Of a DNA stretch of 33,650 nucleotides, positions 16,601 to 23,719 are shown one piece after another. The stretch spans positions 1 to 33,650 of the IMG/VR virus record IMGVR_UViG_3300020120_000350; one strand, 5' to 3'. Made by a program: the position numbers and the translations under genes. This stretch comes from a virus. Its lineage: Duplodnaviria; Caudoviricetes. Positions within the stretch are counted from its first letter, which is position 1. Each line of letters begins with the position of its first letter. The notes below the pieces were generated by a model, which worked only from the letters and a program-made list of their open reading frames with translations, ran no database searches and had not been told where the DNA came from.

Positions 16601-17183
16601 TTGCATTCTTTTTATACGCCTCACTTAATGAATCGATATCACTTACGGCCCTCAGGGCATCTTCGCGAGAAAGAATTCTGAGCTGAGCATCCAGCGCACC
16701 CCACTTGTCTCCGTGCAGCTCCGCCATTTTTTGCGCAACCCTGTCCAGGTCGTTCGCGGCATCTATGCTTTGTCTGTTCAACACCATCTGCAAAGCATGA
16801 GTCGATGCAACAAACTCGTCTTCCTTTTTCTTCGCGTCGTCGATCGCCTTTCCTACTCTCTCAAATCCCTTCTCGATCGCATCGAAAGCCGCTATTCCTA
16901 TTCCCGCAGCGACACCGAAACCTAATACCTCCTGCAAGCCTTTCGCTAGGCCAGGAAACTCCTGTGTAACGATGCGGGTAATAGGCCTTGAGAGGTGAAC
17001 TCCCAGAGCTTCATCAATTAAGCGCAACGATTCTGCGCCTTCGCGGTTGGTGCGCTTCATCTCGTTGGCGATGCGCTGGCCGGATGCCGTGGCGAAGCCC
17101 TCGACGCCCTTCATCTTTTCCAGAAACTCAGAAGGGTCGAGGCCCAGCCGCGCTGCCATTGCGCCGACGTTTAATGTGCTCAT
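13638..17183 (-). CDS. Tape measure protein
   Basis: 1181 aa, Ala/Gln/Lys helical, LNVG.M.ARLGLD N-terminus, C-terminal AxGGDV..G..Y.VGE.GPE motifs. Confidence 0.92.
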   Translation of the reverse strand: MSTLNVGAMAARLGLDPSEFLEKMKGVEGFATASGQRIANEMKRTNREGAESLRLIDEALGVHLSRPITRIVTQEFPGLAKGLQEVLGFGVAAGIGIAAFDAIEKGFERVGKAIDDAKKKEDEFVASTHALQMVLNRQSIDAANDLDRVAQKMAELHGDKWGALDAQLRILSREDALRAVSDIDSLSEAYKKNAKAAADATTMTAQFWRAVGSQTTSVFDKANERITKQGQEIRNKFDEIVTGDPEHGLQKGMDFLQKQLDQAKKTQAEMHANQLSTLDKYLAGLSWTDDIVAKRGAHTKEEVKNYDALVASLDSQVKKTHELIDADKGKKTVARAETASSADIGDKQISKLKAETEAELLLAAAVDKTTGAQFLAKAAGEADQIIARVQEEAHGKLTAAMQRQLQAVNALTVERDLAKDITAVSGEMQKQTEEIDRNIASATKMAAAYLKGGQAIEDAKIDQRLAPEIQKLDDLTKKYDAARKAADDYAAARERLGKAAGPLPGIDIPTANLDQLKKDLDHQQEVVNQQKLNLQTADLAAYQEEINKTADSLRGEQPYLDTLNDSYLRGAEAVRKAQVALALFHWEQSHFGGQTAADISETLASSVHPDISSEEARKVMSSKDSTVDERAAAQARLQLDQIAEVSAQLNQQSVEQQRSADARAAAEYSVSVKYDDELQKLQRIREVLQQNGESTLRIDAAIEEAQDRNLKQWDDAAFRVGTFGDKFTAVMNEVQIRADEASKQMAEAWVSAIENVNSELAKLATGQKTDFKKIIISLSEEQTKGELAKADSWIAQQFGLKIPGLEGKPDGSQSKPLHVIVSGAAGGATPPPLAGSSPLQAAASIFNGFSSSGRSVTPALGAVAAAQPSQNGALADLNALTAAASQLPDLSNFGGFLAGGGDVKSGTSYVVGEKGPEIFTSSTSGRVIPHDQSFTFDPHAAYARNYEHYERWLHRGESNGPFFASLLSLAGNELFKGFHIGDKLLSIFHHSSPGAVAAGLPASSGVLSELDSLTASVSPSGTSAGSSSSALPNMTKPGDIDAGYLSNWAREYSMPAMPEMKMPSMPDLGAIAAQMPSQNGSLADLDKLTASIQIPDFGGFRAEGGDVMAGMNYLVGERGPELLRIPAMGSIVANHDLKNIGGLTDNSRTTHVTQNFNGPKDSDGFRRSVRQENARMLRHFR

Positions 17184-17719
17184 AGTTTCAAATCTTCCAG
17201 GCGTTCTTTAATTACCTCAGCAACCTTTTCCAGTGCTTCTTCTTCACGCGTTTCGAATGCCGGTCCGAGCCAGGGATGCGGAGGAGTTTCGTTGTCCCCG
17301 AATTCGATCTGCTTTCCGCTGCGCTTGGCACGCTGCCGATCAGCGTGCACTCCTGGCGGCCCGTGACCGATTTCGTCGAACAATCCGTACACGCCAGGAT
17401 TCGTGGTCTGATCTGCGGCCGGAGCTTCGTTGGCATAGCGTCCGCGGCGCTGGACGGAGCGGCGAAAGTTTTCTTTATCGAATCCAGGTCCAATCAGCAC
17501 ATAGCGCTGTCCCTGTTCTGACTTGGCACGCGTGACCACGACAACATCGGCAGCCAGGGCGCCGGTCACGCTGTGGATGTTCTCTTCCGCCTGTGCGGCA
17601 ATGATCTCGCCGCCGGCTTCGAGAGCTTCTCCCGCGATCGGGCCGGCCACGACTTCAGAAATGCCATCGAGCTTCTTCGCCAGCTCTGGAATGCCGTCGA
17701 TGCTGAAGAGTATGTCCAT
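17180..17719 (-). CDS. HK97 gp10-like tail completion protein
   Basis: IDGI.EL.KKL, AL..GGEII...A, TG.L, P.HPWL.PAF. Confidence 0.8.
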   Translation of the reverse strand: MDILFSIDGIPELAKKLDGISEVVAGPIAGEALEAGGEIIAAQAEENIHSVTGALAADVVVVTRAKSEQGQRYVLIGPGFDKENFRRSVQRRGRYANEAPAADQTTNPGVYGLFDEIGHGPPGVHADRQRAKRSGKQIEFGDNETPPHPWLGPAFETREEEALEKVAEVIKERLEDLKL

Positions 17720-17736
17720 TGCTAGACTGGTAAACC

Positions 17737-17765
17737 TTGACTGGCGCGGCTTTTCAGGCTACAGT
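17737..17765 (+). promoter_or_regulatory. Sigma70-like promoter of moron
   Basis: TTGACT-17nt-TACAGT, 8 nt before ATG 17774. Confidence 0.7.
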
Positions 17766-17773
17766 GCTCGACC

Positions 17774-18106
17774 ATGAATTCAGCAGAAGAGACGTACCCG
17801 CCATCGCTAACGGCAGAGTTTGCGAAGCCGCATTCCGAATGGCAACACCTTCGAGCCATGCTCCACGTGTACCGCGTGCTCGCCATGCTCACGCAGATCA
17901 TCTCGTCTCTCCTCATCTTCGTTTTCGTGGCGATGCTATTAAGCGATGTGAGCGATATGGGCAGCGTAATAGAGTCAACTTCGTCGGCCGCACCCATTCA
18001 CGCAATGCGAGATGGGTTTCTGCTTTTCCTTGCCATTTTTATGCTCTTTGCTTCCATTGCAGTATGGATTCTTTCCCGCATCGCAGAGAAAATCGCAAAA
18101 GCGTGA
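17774..18106 (+). CDS. Two-TM membrane protein (moron)
   Basis: Two long hydrophobic segments; own promoter; antisense to tail operon. Confidence 0.75.
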   Translation: MNSAEETYPPSLTAEFAKPHSEWQHLRAMLHVYRVLAMLTQIISSLLIFVFVAMLLSDVSDMGSVIESTSSAAPIHAMRDGFLLFLAIFMLFASIAVWILSRIAEKIAKA

Positions 18107-18124
18107 TGCCCATAGCACGTCCGA

Positions 18125-18394
18125 TCACTCAAACGCAGCTCCTGAGCCAGCAGAACGCGAAATTTCGGCATCCTTTTCGGCCTTCTGCGTACTTTGAGGC
18201 ATTTCTACAAACCTGGTCAGTTCGGAGCTGGCCACGTCGCCGCCCAGCGCTTCGTCTTTATTGAAATCGACGAAAAGCGTCATATCGGAATTGAGGATCC
18301 GGACCGCGATCCCTTTTTCCTCCACGCTAACGACTTCGCATAACAACTTCGCCAGATCGCCCTCGCGCAGCTCCTGGCCGTTGATGTCCAGCAT
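18125..18394 (-). CDS. Small hypothetical protein (SH3/KOW-like pattern)
   Basis: D.NGQELREGD.....CEVVSV beta-rich start; GAGG RBS. Confidence 0.6.
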   Translation of the reverse strand: MLDINGQELREGDLAKLLCEVVSVEEKGIAVRILNSDMTLFVDFNKDEALGGDVASSELTRFVEMPQSTQKAEKDAEISRSAGSGAAFE

Positions 18395-18812
18395 CGTCCT
18401 CGGAACCTTTCACTTCCAGATTCTTAAACCTGCTGAAGAAACTCTTGTCTGCGGCGATCTGCTCTGGAGATGGCGTGAATCCCTCGCCGCTGAGAACACG
18501 TTTTGCGAACTCAGCCCACTCTTCCTCTTCCGTGCGCGCGTCCGGATCCGGCAAAAAGTCCGCGATGGTAAACGGCTCCGGGCGTTTCTCTTTGTCGCGG
18601 TTGATATTGGCCAGTACCGAAGAGACGAGCGCGGCGCCCATCATGTTGCGCCGGTCGCGGTTCACCAGCTGGCCGACCAGGACTGCGATCTCGCGCGGGC
18701 TGCTCGCCAGAAACCGCACGCGATCGAAGCCGAATTCGACGCTGCAAAGCGACCACAGGTCCTCGACGGTTAGCTGGCTGCCGGAAGCGTCGCCGCTTCC
18801 AGCGCGTCGTCG
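18327..18812 (-). CDS. Tail assembly chaperone C-terminal extension (gpT-like, -1 frame)
   Basis: Frame open from about 18833; LW......GF....FL..SPRE, AN.NRD..KRPEPFT..DF motifs. Confidence 0.75.
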   Translation of the reverse strand, partial: RRRAGSGDASGSQLTVEDLWSLCSVEFGFDRVRFLASSPREIAVLVGQLVNRDRRNMMGAALVSSVLANINRDKEKRPEPFTIADFLPDPDARTEEEEWAEFAKRVLSGEGFTPSPEQIAADKSFFSRFKNLEVKGSEDDAGHQRPGAARGRSGEVVMRSR

Positions 18813-19153
18813 TTTGGGCTGGCCTCTTTCTTTTTAGGGAAGTAAGAAGTCAGCGCCTCCGCGATCTTCTCTACCAGCTCGTGGGCGTTGCTGAAGTCGG
18901 CCATCGTCCCAACCTGGTCGATCGTCAGTTCCGGATGGTTGGTCTGCAGGCCGGCCCAGAGGCAGGCACGAAAACGCAAAGGACTTTCGCCAGGCGCGAT
19001 CTTGTGCCAGTTTCCCGACAGGAACAAGTTGTCGCCGGTCTTCTCTTCGTAGAGGATGGCCGCATTCACCGGATAAGCCAGCGTGTACTCTTTGCCGTCG
19101 AGCGTAACGGTCACAGGTTTGCCGGTAAGCCGCCGTTCTAAAGCGTCAGGCAT
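18770..19153 (-). CDS. Tail assembly chaperone (gpG-like)
   Basis: Follows tail tube gene; VTLDGKEYTL, LWAGL...HPELT..QVG. Confidence 0.85.
   Translation of the reverse strand: MPDALERRLTGKPVTVTLDGKEYTLAYPVNAAILYEEKTGDNLFLSGNWHKIAPGESPLRFRACLWAGLQTNHPELTIDQVGTMADFSNAHELVEKIAEALTSYFPKKKEASPNDDALEAATLPAAS
18780..18818 (-). other. Programmed -1 ribosomal frameshift signal
   Basis: In-frame C CCA AAC heptamer (18818-18812) and, 8 nt downstream, a 10-bp stem GCTGGAAGCG-GCGA-CGCTTCCGGC. Confidence 0.8.
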
Positions 19154-19177
19154 GGTTCACTCCCAAGATTGAAGGTG

Positions 19178-19209
19178 GAAAAGGAGAGGGGCGGCAAAAT
19201 GCCGCCCCT
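19178..19209 (-). terminator. Intrinsic terminator/hairpin after tail tube gene
   Basis: AGGGGCGGCA-TTT-TGCCGCCCCT followed by CTCCTTTT on minus strand. Confidence 0.7.
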
Positions 19210-19238
19210 GTTTGACCGAACATGCGTCTTGCGCGCGG

Positions 19239-19661
19239 TTACGCCCAAGTAGCAGTGATCGGCCCGGTGATCTTCAACGATGCGGTGAACGGAATCACCT
19301 TGTTGGTTTCGACGCCAACCGCGAACTGCGCCACATAGGCGTTGAAGTCCAGGGTTGAGCCGTCAGTGAAAGTCACACGGAACGGCTTCAGCGCGGCGTT
19401 GCCGGCCGTCTGCAGGTTTGTCCACAACGCCTGCAGGCTGGTGTTTTCCGGATCGAGAACGCCATCGAACGGCATTTCGCCGCCGTCGATCATCAGCTTC
19501 GCGTACTCCTCGTAATTGCTGGGAGAATCGAGGTTGGTGATGTTCTCGAAAGACGGCTTGTTGCCAGGGAAGTTGAATTTACGGATCTGCGCGATCCGCA
19601 AAGGCGGGCTCTGCATCAGCTCAAGTTTCGAGCCGTATCCAGGATAGAAAGTAGTTGTCAT
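19239..19661 (-). CDS. Major tail (tube) protein
   Basis: G.GSKL, E.ITNLDS...YEEY....IDGG, F.AYV..F, ASLKITG; AGGAG RBS. Confidence 0.88.
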   Translation of the reverse strand: MTTTFYPGYGSKLELMQSPPLRIAQIRKFNFPGNKPSFENITNLDSPSNYEEYAKLMIDGGEMPFDGVLDPENTSLQALWTNLQTAGNAALKPFRVTFTDGSTLDFNAYVAQFAVGVETNKVIPFTASLKITGPITATWA

Positions 19662-19692
19662 GTTCGGTCTCCTTGTTGGTTGAAATTGAGGA

Positions 19693-20100
19693 CTAAGCCT
19701 CGGTGTAAAAAGCCTTCATGCGAAAAAACGATCGGAACAAAAATGAATTGCCGCCGACTTCAAAGTTGTCGTCTCCATCGGCGACGGTGCCCACAAACTG
19801 GATGGTGCTGCCATCGGGCAGCTCGCCGCAGAAGTCCTGAAGCGCGGCCTGCGCGATTGTCGCTATTATTCGTGCGTCGACGGCCGTGTCGGCATACCAG
19901 TCAAACTGAAACAGGCCTTCGCGCCCGCGGCTGGATCCATCCAGCGTGAAAGCTGCAGGCGGTACATCAATTGCATGAATAACTCCATACGGCCGCGCGG
20001 CTTCGCGACGAGCCATTCCGATAAAAATCTGTTTCGCCGGCACGCGATCAGTGACGGTTGGCTCAGCCGCCAGCTTTGAACGGAGTCCTGATGTGATCAT
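19693..20100 (-). CDS. Tail terminator (DUF3168-like)
   Basis: L.A.P.VT..V, RPY.V, FQFD.YA; directly before tail tube gene. Confidence 0.8.
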   Translation of the reverse strand: MITSGLRSKLAAEPTVTDRVPAKQIFIGMARREAARPYGVIHAIDVPPAAFTLDGSSRGREGLFQFDWYADTAVDARIIATIAQAALQDFCGELPDGSTIQFVGTVADGDDNFEVGGNSFLFRSFFRMKAFYTEA

Positions 20101-20477
20101 GGATTGGTCGGCGGGCTTAGCCCGTCATCCATCAACTTGCACCACAGTTCGAGAAAAACACCTCGCACGGGAATGCCAGGGTCGACGACCTGTTCAACCG
20201 TGTAGGTCCGGCCTTTGCTCGGGCCGCTTTTTGCGATCGCAAAAAACGTGCTGCGTATATTGGGGTCGTGCCGCACGGTAATTCGCGTGCGCAGTGTTGT
20301 TCTGAAATCCTGCTGGCCTTGCGGCTGCGAGTCCTGTTGCGACAGCTCCTCAATGCCGGCATGAATATTTTCCGCGTAGGTCGTGATCGTTTCAGGACGT
20401 CCGTCATCGTCGAGATCGGGAGACGGCGCCAGCAGCGTAATGCGCTCCCGCAGCTTCTGCGCCAGAGTCAGCGCCAC
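20097..20477 (-). CDS. Head closure / head-tail adaptor (SPP1 gp16-like)
   Basis: KLRERITL, A.I..LS, RITVR, Y.VE.V.D, LEL.C. Confidence 0.82.
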   Translation of the reverse strand: MALTLAQKLRERITLLAPSPDLDDDGRPETITTYAENIHAGIEELSQQDSQPQGQQDFRTTLRTRITVRHDPNIRSTFFAIAKSGPSKGRTYTVEQVVDPGIPVRGVFLELWCKLMDDGLSPPTNP

Positions 20478-21166
20478 GGAAAGTACCCTCCAAGCGTGTT
20501 TACTCGAGGCAAATATCCTGAGCGGAATCCTCGGAGCAAATTGGTGACAGTGAACATCACGTCCTGTGTCGGCTGTGTGCTCGCCGGCAGGCGATTTTCG
20601 TGATACCAGCCGGCCAGAAACTTTACGGCCGTAATCAGCCGCTCAGGGGTGGGGTTTGGCGGCGAAGCGCTGGGATCATAGCCAGCGGTATAAATCACGC
20701 GCACTGCGTCGTCACGGCGCGCGGCAAATGGCCACACCTGGCCGATCTGCAGAACGATCGAATCATTCGCCAGCTCGTAAATGCTTTCATCCAGCGTCTG
20801 CTCGACGCCGGTTGGATCGAGATATTTGACCGACTGAATGCTCTGCACGGGATGGCGCACCAGCTCAATCGCATCCTGCTCGGGCTGGCCAAAGGGATAA
20901 GGACTGACCGGATAACCGAACACCGGCCGGCGATTGGGGAAGCCTGGCAGCGTGAGCTTCCAGGTCTGCTTCATCAGGCAGAAACGCGTGAGGCGCTCGA
21001 TCTCTTCGCGAGAAGTTTTGATCTGCGAAAGGACCAGCGTGTAATCGGGATTCGTGGCCGGCGGAGAGCCTGTGAGCTCATCAGGCGGGTCGAACCAACT
21101 GAACGCAGCCTGGTCCACGACCGAAACCGGCTCGGACGCGGGACCTTGTATCAGCTGTTCGAACAT
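20468..21166 (-). CDS. Head-tail connector (gp6-like, long form)
   Basis: PASEPVS, E..T...L..QTW.L.L..FP, PVQSI.SVKY.D..G.EQTL, AV.V.Y.AGY, WY.NR. Confidence 0.88.
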   Translation of the reverse strand: MFEQLIQGPASEPVSVVDQAAFSWFDPPDELTGSPPATNPDYTLVLSQIKTSREEIERLTRFCLMKQTWKLTLPGFPNRRPVFGYPVSPYPFGQPEQDAIELVRHPVQSIQSVKYLDPTGVEQTLDESIYELANDSIVLQIGQVWPFAARRDDAVRVIYTAGYDPSASPPNPTPERLITAVKFLAGWYHENRLPASTQPTQDVMFTVTNLLRGFRSGYLPRVNTLGGYFPWR

Positions 21167-22143
21167 TAAGCGTTCCTCGCGATCGCGATGCGCCGGCGCA
21201 TCAGATCGAGCATGTACAGGCCGTCCTCGGCCGCGTTGGCGGGCGGTTTGTCTGGATTTGAAACTTCGATTCCGTGCTCTTTGCAGAGCTTCACCAGCTT
21301 CTCGTATGCGGCCGCTTTCTTGGTGGGAGGAATTCCGGCCTGGTTAAACCGCGCCAGAGCGTCACGCAAATGGCTGACAGTTTTTTCCTCGGTCGAGAAG
21401 CGCCAGGGCAAATGCCAGGTGTCAGTCTTCTCGGGATCTCCGACGTAAATGAAATCGTCGGCCGTCAGGTTCTCGCCATCGACTTTCTTGGTGTGGCCCT
21501 GGCGGTTGAGCACCAGAACTTCCGGCGCGTGATTGAACACCGAGAAATCGAAAGCCGCGGCGATCGCCTGGACGTCGGCTTCGTCGTTGTCGTCGGTACA
21601 CTCGTCCGCGAAGCCTTTTTCGACTGCATCCTGCGGGTTGAGCCAGGTTTCGGCATTCATCCAGTCAACTACCTGCTGCTTTTTGTTCTTGGTTCGCGCC
21701 ACGTAGATATCGGCAATCGATTCCGTGCAGGAATCAAGCATGTCAGCCACGCGGCGCAGCTCGGCGGCGTCGCCCATCGCGAACATGAGCGCGGGATGGA
21801 TCATCATCATTGTGCCGCGGCCCATTGCAATGGAATCGCCGGCCATAGCTACGACGGAAGCCGCAGAAGCCGCAACTCCATCCACTTTCACATTCACAGT
21901 GCGACCGCTGGAACGCAGGATGTTATATATGGCCACGCCTTCAAAGGCATCGCCGCCGGGCGAATTGATGCGAAGGTTTACTGGACCAGTGGAATCCTTC
22001 AGCGCATCACTCACCATCTGAGCGGTGATGCCGTCGCCAAAGTAGTCGGCGCCGATGATGTCGTAGATCTCAAGCGTCAGGCTTTGCGCCTGGTTGAGCA
22101 CTCTCATTCCTTTAACTTTGCGGCGCAGGGATTTCATCGGCAT
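21166..22143 (-). CDS. ClpP-type prohead maturation protease with extra C-terminal domain
   Basis: INSPGGD.FEG.AIYN, DG.AASAAS, MMIH, ETWL...AVE.GFAD; AGGAGG RBS. Confidence 0.92.
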   Translation of the reverse strand: MPMKSLRRKVKGMRVLNQAQSLTLEIYDIIGADYFGDGITAQMVSDALKDSTGPVNLRINSPGGDAFEGVAIYNILRSSGRTVNVKVDGVAASAASVVAMAGDSIAMGRGTMMMIHPALMFAMGDAAELRRVADMLDSCTESIADIYVARTKNKKQQVVDWMNAETWLNPQDAVEKGFADECTDDNDEADVQAIAAAFDFSVFNHAPEVLVLNRQGHTKKVDGENLTADDFIYVGDPEKTDTWHLPWRFSTEEKTVSHLRDALARFNQAGIPPTKKAAAYEKLVKLCKEHGIEVSNPDKPPANAAEDGLYMLDLMRRRIAIARNA

Positions 22144-23719
22144 AGGTTCCTCCTGTTGCGAGTTCGATCAGTTTCTCTTTTGCTTGCTCGCGGCTCAGAT
22201 TCGGGCGCTCGGCCGCGTACTGCGATACTCCGTATTCCTCGATCCCGAGGACCTGCGCAATAAATGCAGGATTGACTTTTTGCTCTCTCTCTTCTTTGCG
22301 CAGGATCCGCTCGGCCAGCAGTTCTCCGAGCTCCTGCAACCGGGCTTGCGGAGTTCCTGGAACGGGCTGAGACTTTGTGACTTGCCCTTCCTTCGTCGGT
22401 TCTTCCTGGTTGCCGACGCCGCGCACGCCGACGGTGATTAGCTCCCCGTCTTTCAGAATGCAGTTAGCGTTCACGTGCAGATAATCGTTGCCATCGATAT
22501 CGTCCATGTCATCGCCCAGCCGGCATTCGTTGGGTGTGCGCTGACCGGTATCAATCAGTACCTTGTTGGTTTCGGCGCGCTCGCGCGGAGATCCGCGGAG
22601 GGTGACATCGGCGTCGTATTTGACGTAGAAGCGGCCACGGTCCTGCACGTCGATGAGATCGCGCAGAACGCTCTGCTCGATGTTCACCGTGATGGGCATC
22701 AGCGAAGTGTTGAAATACTCTTCGAGAAAAGCTGAAGAGGAAGCGTACGTTGAGTTCTTTTCGCCGTAGCCGAGCTTTACCAGCAGCGGCGCGCCGCCCA
22801 GCAGCCTGACGACTTCTTCCGCATTCCACTTCCGCGATTCGAGCAGCTGGCTTTCTTCGGCGGTGAAAACCATCTTTTCGAACTTCGAGCCATACGGCAT
22901 GAAGGTGAACTTGCCGGCATTGCCGCTGCCGGAATAGAAACGCGCGAGCTTTTCGACTAGGTTCTGCGCTTCAACGGTATCCACCTCTGCGTCTTTGTCC
23001 GAGGTGATGAATCCGGACGCGAACATCCCATTGGCAAAATACTTTCCTGCTATCTCGTCCGAGGCCATCATCACGCTGAGAGCCTCGCGGGCCAGGGCGA
23101 TAATCGCCACGCCGTCTGTGGGTGCATAGCAGTTCAGGATGCTGTTCCACCAGATCTGGTCCTGCGTAAAGGTTTGTTGCCTGACGCCGTCGTTGTAATC
23201 GAAGAACAGCTGCGGTTCAGGCTTCGTCTCCCAGCGTTTTGTGATGTACCAGGGATTCAGCGGCATCAGCTGCAATGGTCGACCGGCGCCGTCCTCTACT
23301 TTCTGGATGTAGAAGTTGCCCTCGAAAAACAGATGGAATACCTGTATCCAGCGCAGCTGAAAGGCGGTCATCCAGGGATTGGGAACATCTTTCAAAAGCC
23401 AGTAGAGAGGCTGCTTCAGCGCCTTCGATGTGCGCTGCCTGCCGCCTTTCGCAAGGGTGCGCTCGAACATAATCACCGGCATCTTGGCCACGTCGTTGGC
23501 GAGCATCTTCACGCCGGAGAAAAAGCTGGCACAGCGCAGAGCGGTGTCGCGCGTGACCGGCTTGCCGGCGGCGGTGATTACACCGGTGAGCGCCCTGACT
23601 AGGTTGGGATCCGCGAGGGTGAACGGGCCTTCCACAAGCGTGGCGTCATTGCGGATCTTTCCCTTAAGCCAAGCCGCGGCTTTCACCAATCCGGCCTTTA
23701 ACGGATTAACTGTTGGCAT
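22112..23719 (-). CDS. Portal protein, HK97 family
   Basis: V..LA.DVAKMP, LL...PNPWMT, YF.NG...SG, QLLESR, TPNE.R; GAAGGA RBS before ATG 23719. Confidence 0.93.
   Translation of the reverse strand: MPTVNPLKAGLVKAAAWLKGKIRNDATLVEGPFTLADPNLVRALTGVITAAGKPVTRDTALRCASFFSGVKMLANDVAKMPVIMFERTLAKGGRQRTSKALKQPLYWLLKDVPNPWMTAFQLRWIQVFHLFFEGNFYIQKVEDGAGRPLQLMPLNPWYITKRWETKPEPQLFFDYNDGVRQQTFTQDQIWWNSILNCYAPTDGVAIIALAREALSVMMASDEIAGKYFANGMFASGFITSDKDAEVDTVEAQNLVEKLARFYSGSGNAGKFTFMPYGSKFEKMVFTAEESQLLESRKWNAEEVVRLLGGAPLLVKLGYGEKNSTYASSSAFLEEYFNTSLMPITVNIEQSVLRDLIDVQDRGRFYVKYDADVTLRGSPRERAETNKVLIDTGQRTPNECRLGDDMDDIDGNDYLHVNANCILKDGELITVGVRGVGNQEEPTKEGQVTKSQPVPGTPQARLQELGELLAERILRKEEREQKVNPAFIAQVLGIEEYGVSQYAAERPNLSREQAKEKLIELATGGTYADEIPAPQS

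Noticed and set aside
21274-22263. Long plus-strand ORFs (also 23949-24821, 14464-15264, 9080-9853)
   Set aside because: Antisense shadows of well-supported GC-rich phage genes; no motifs or RBS
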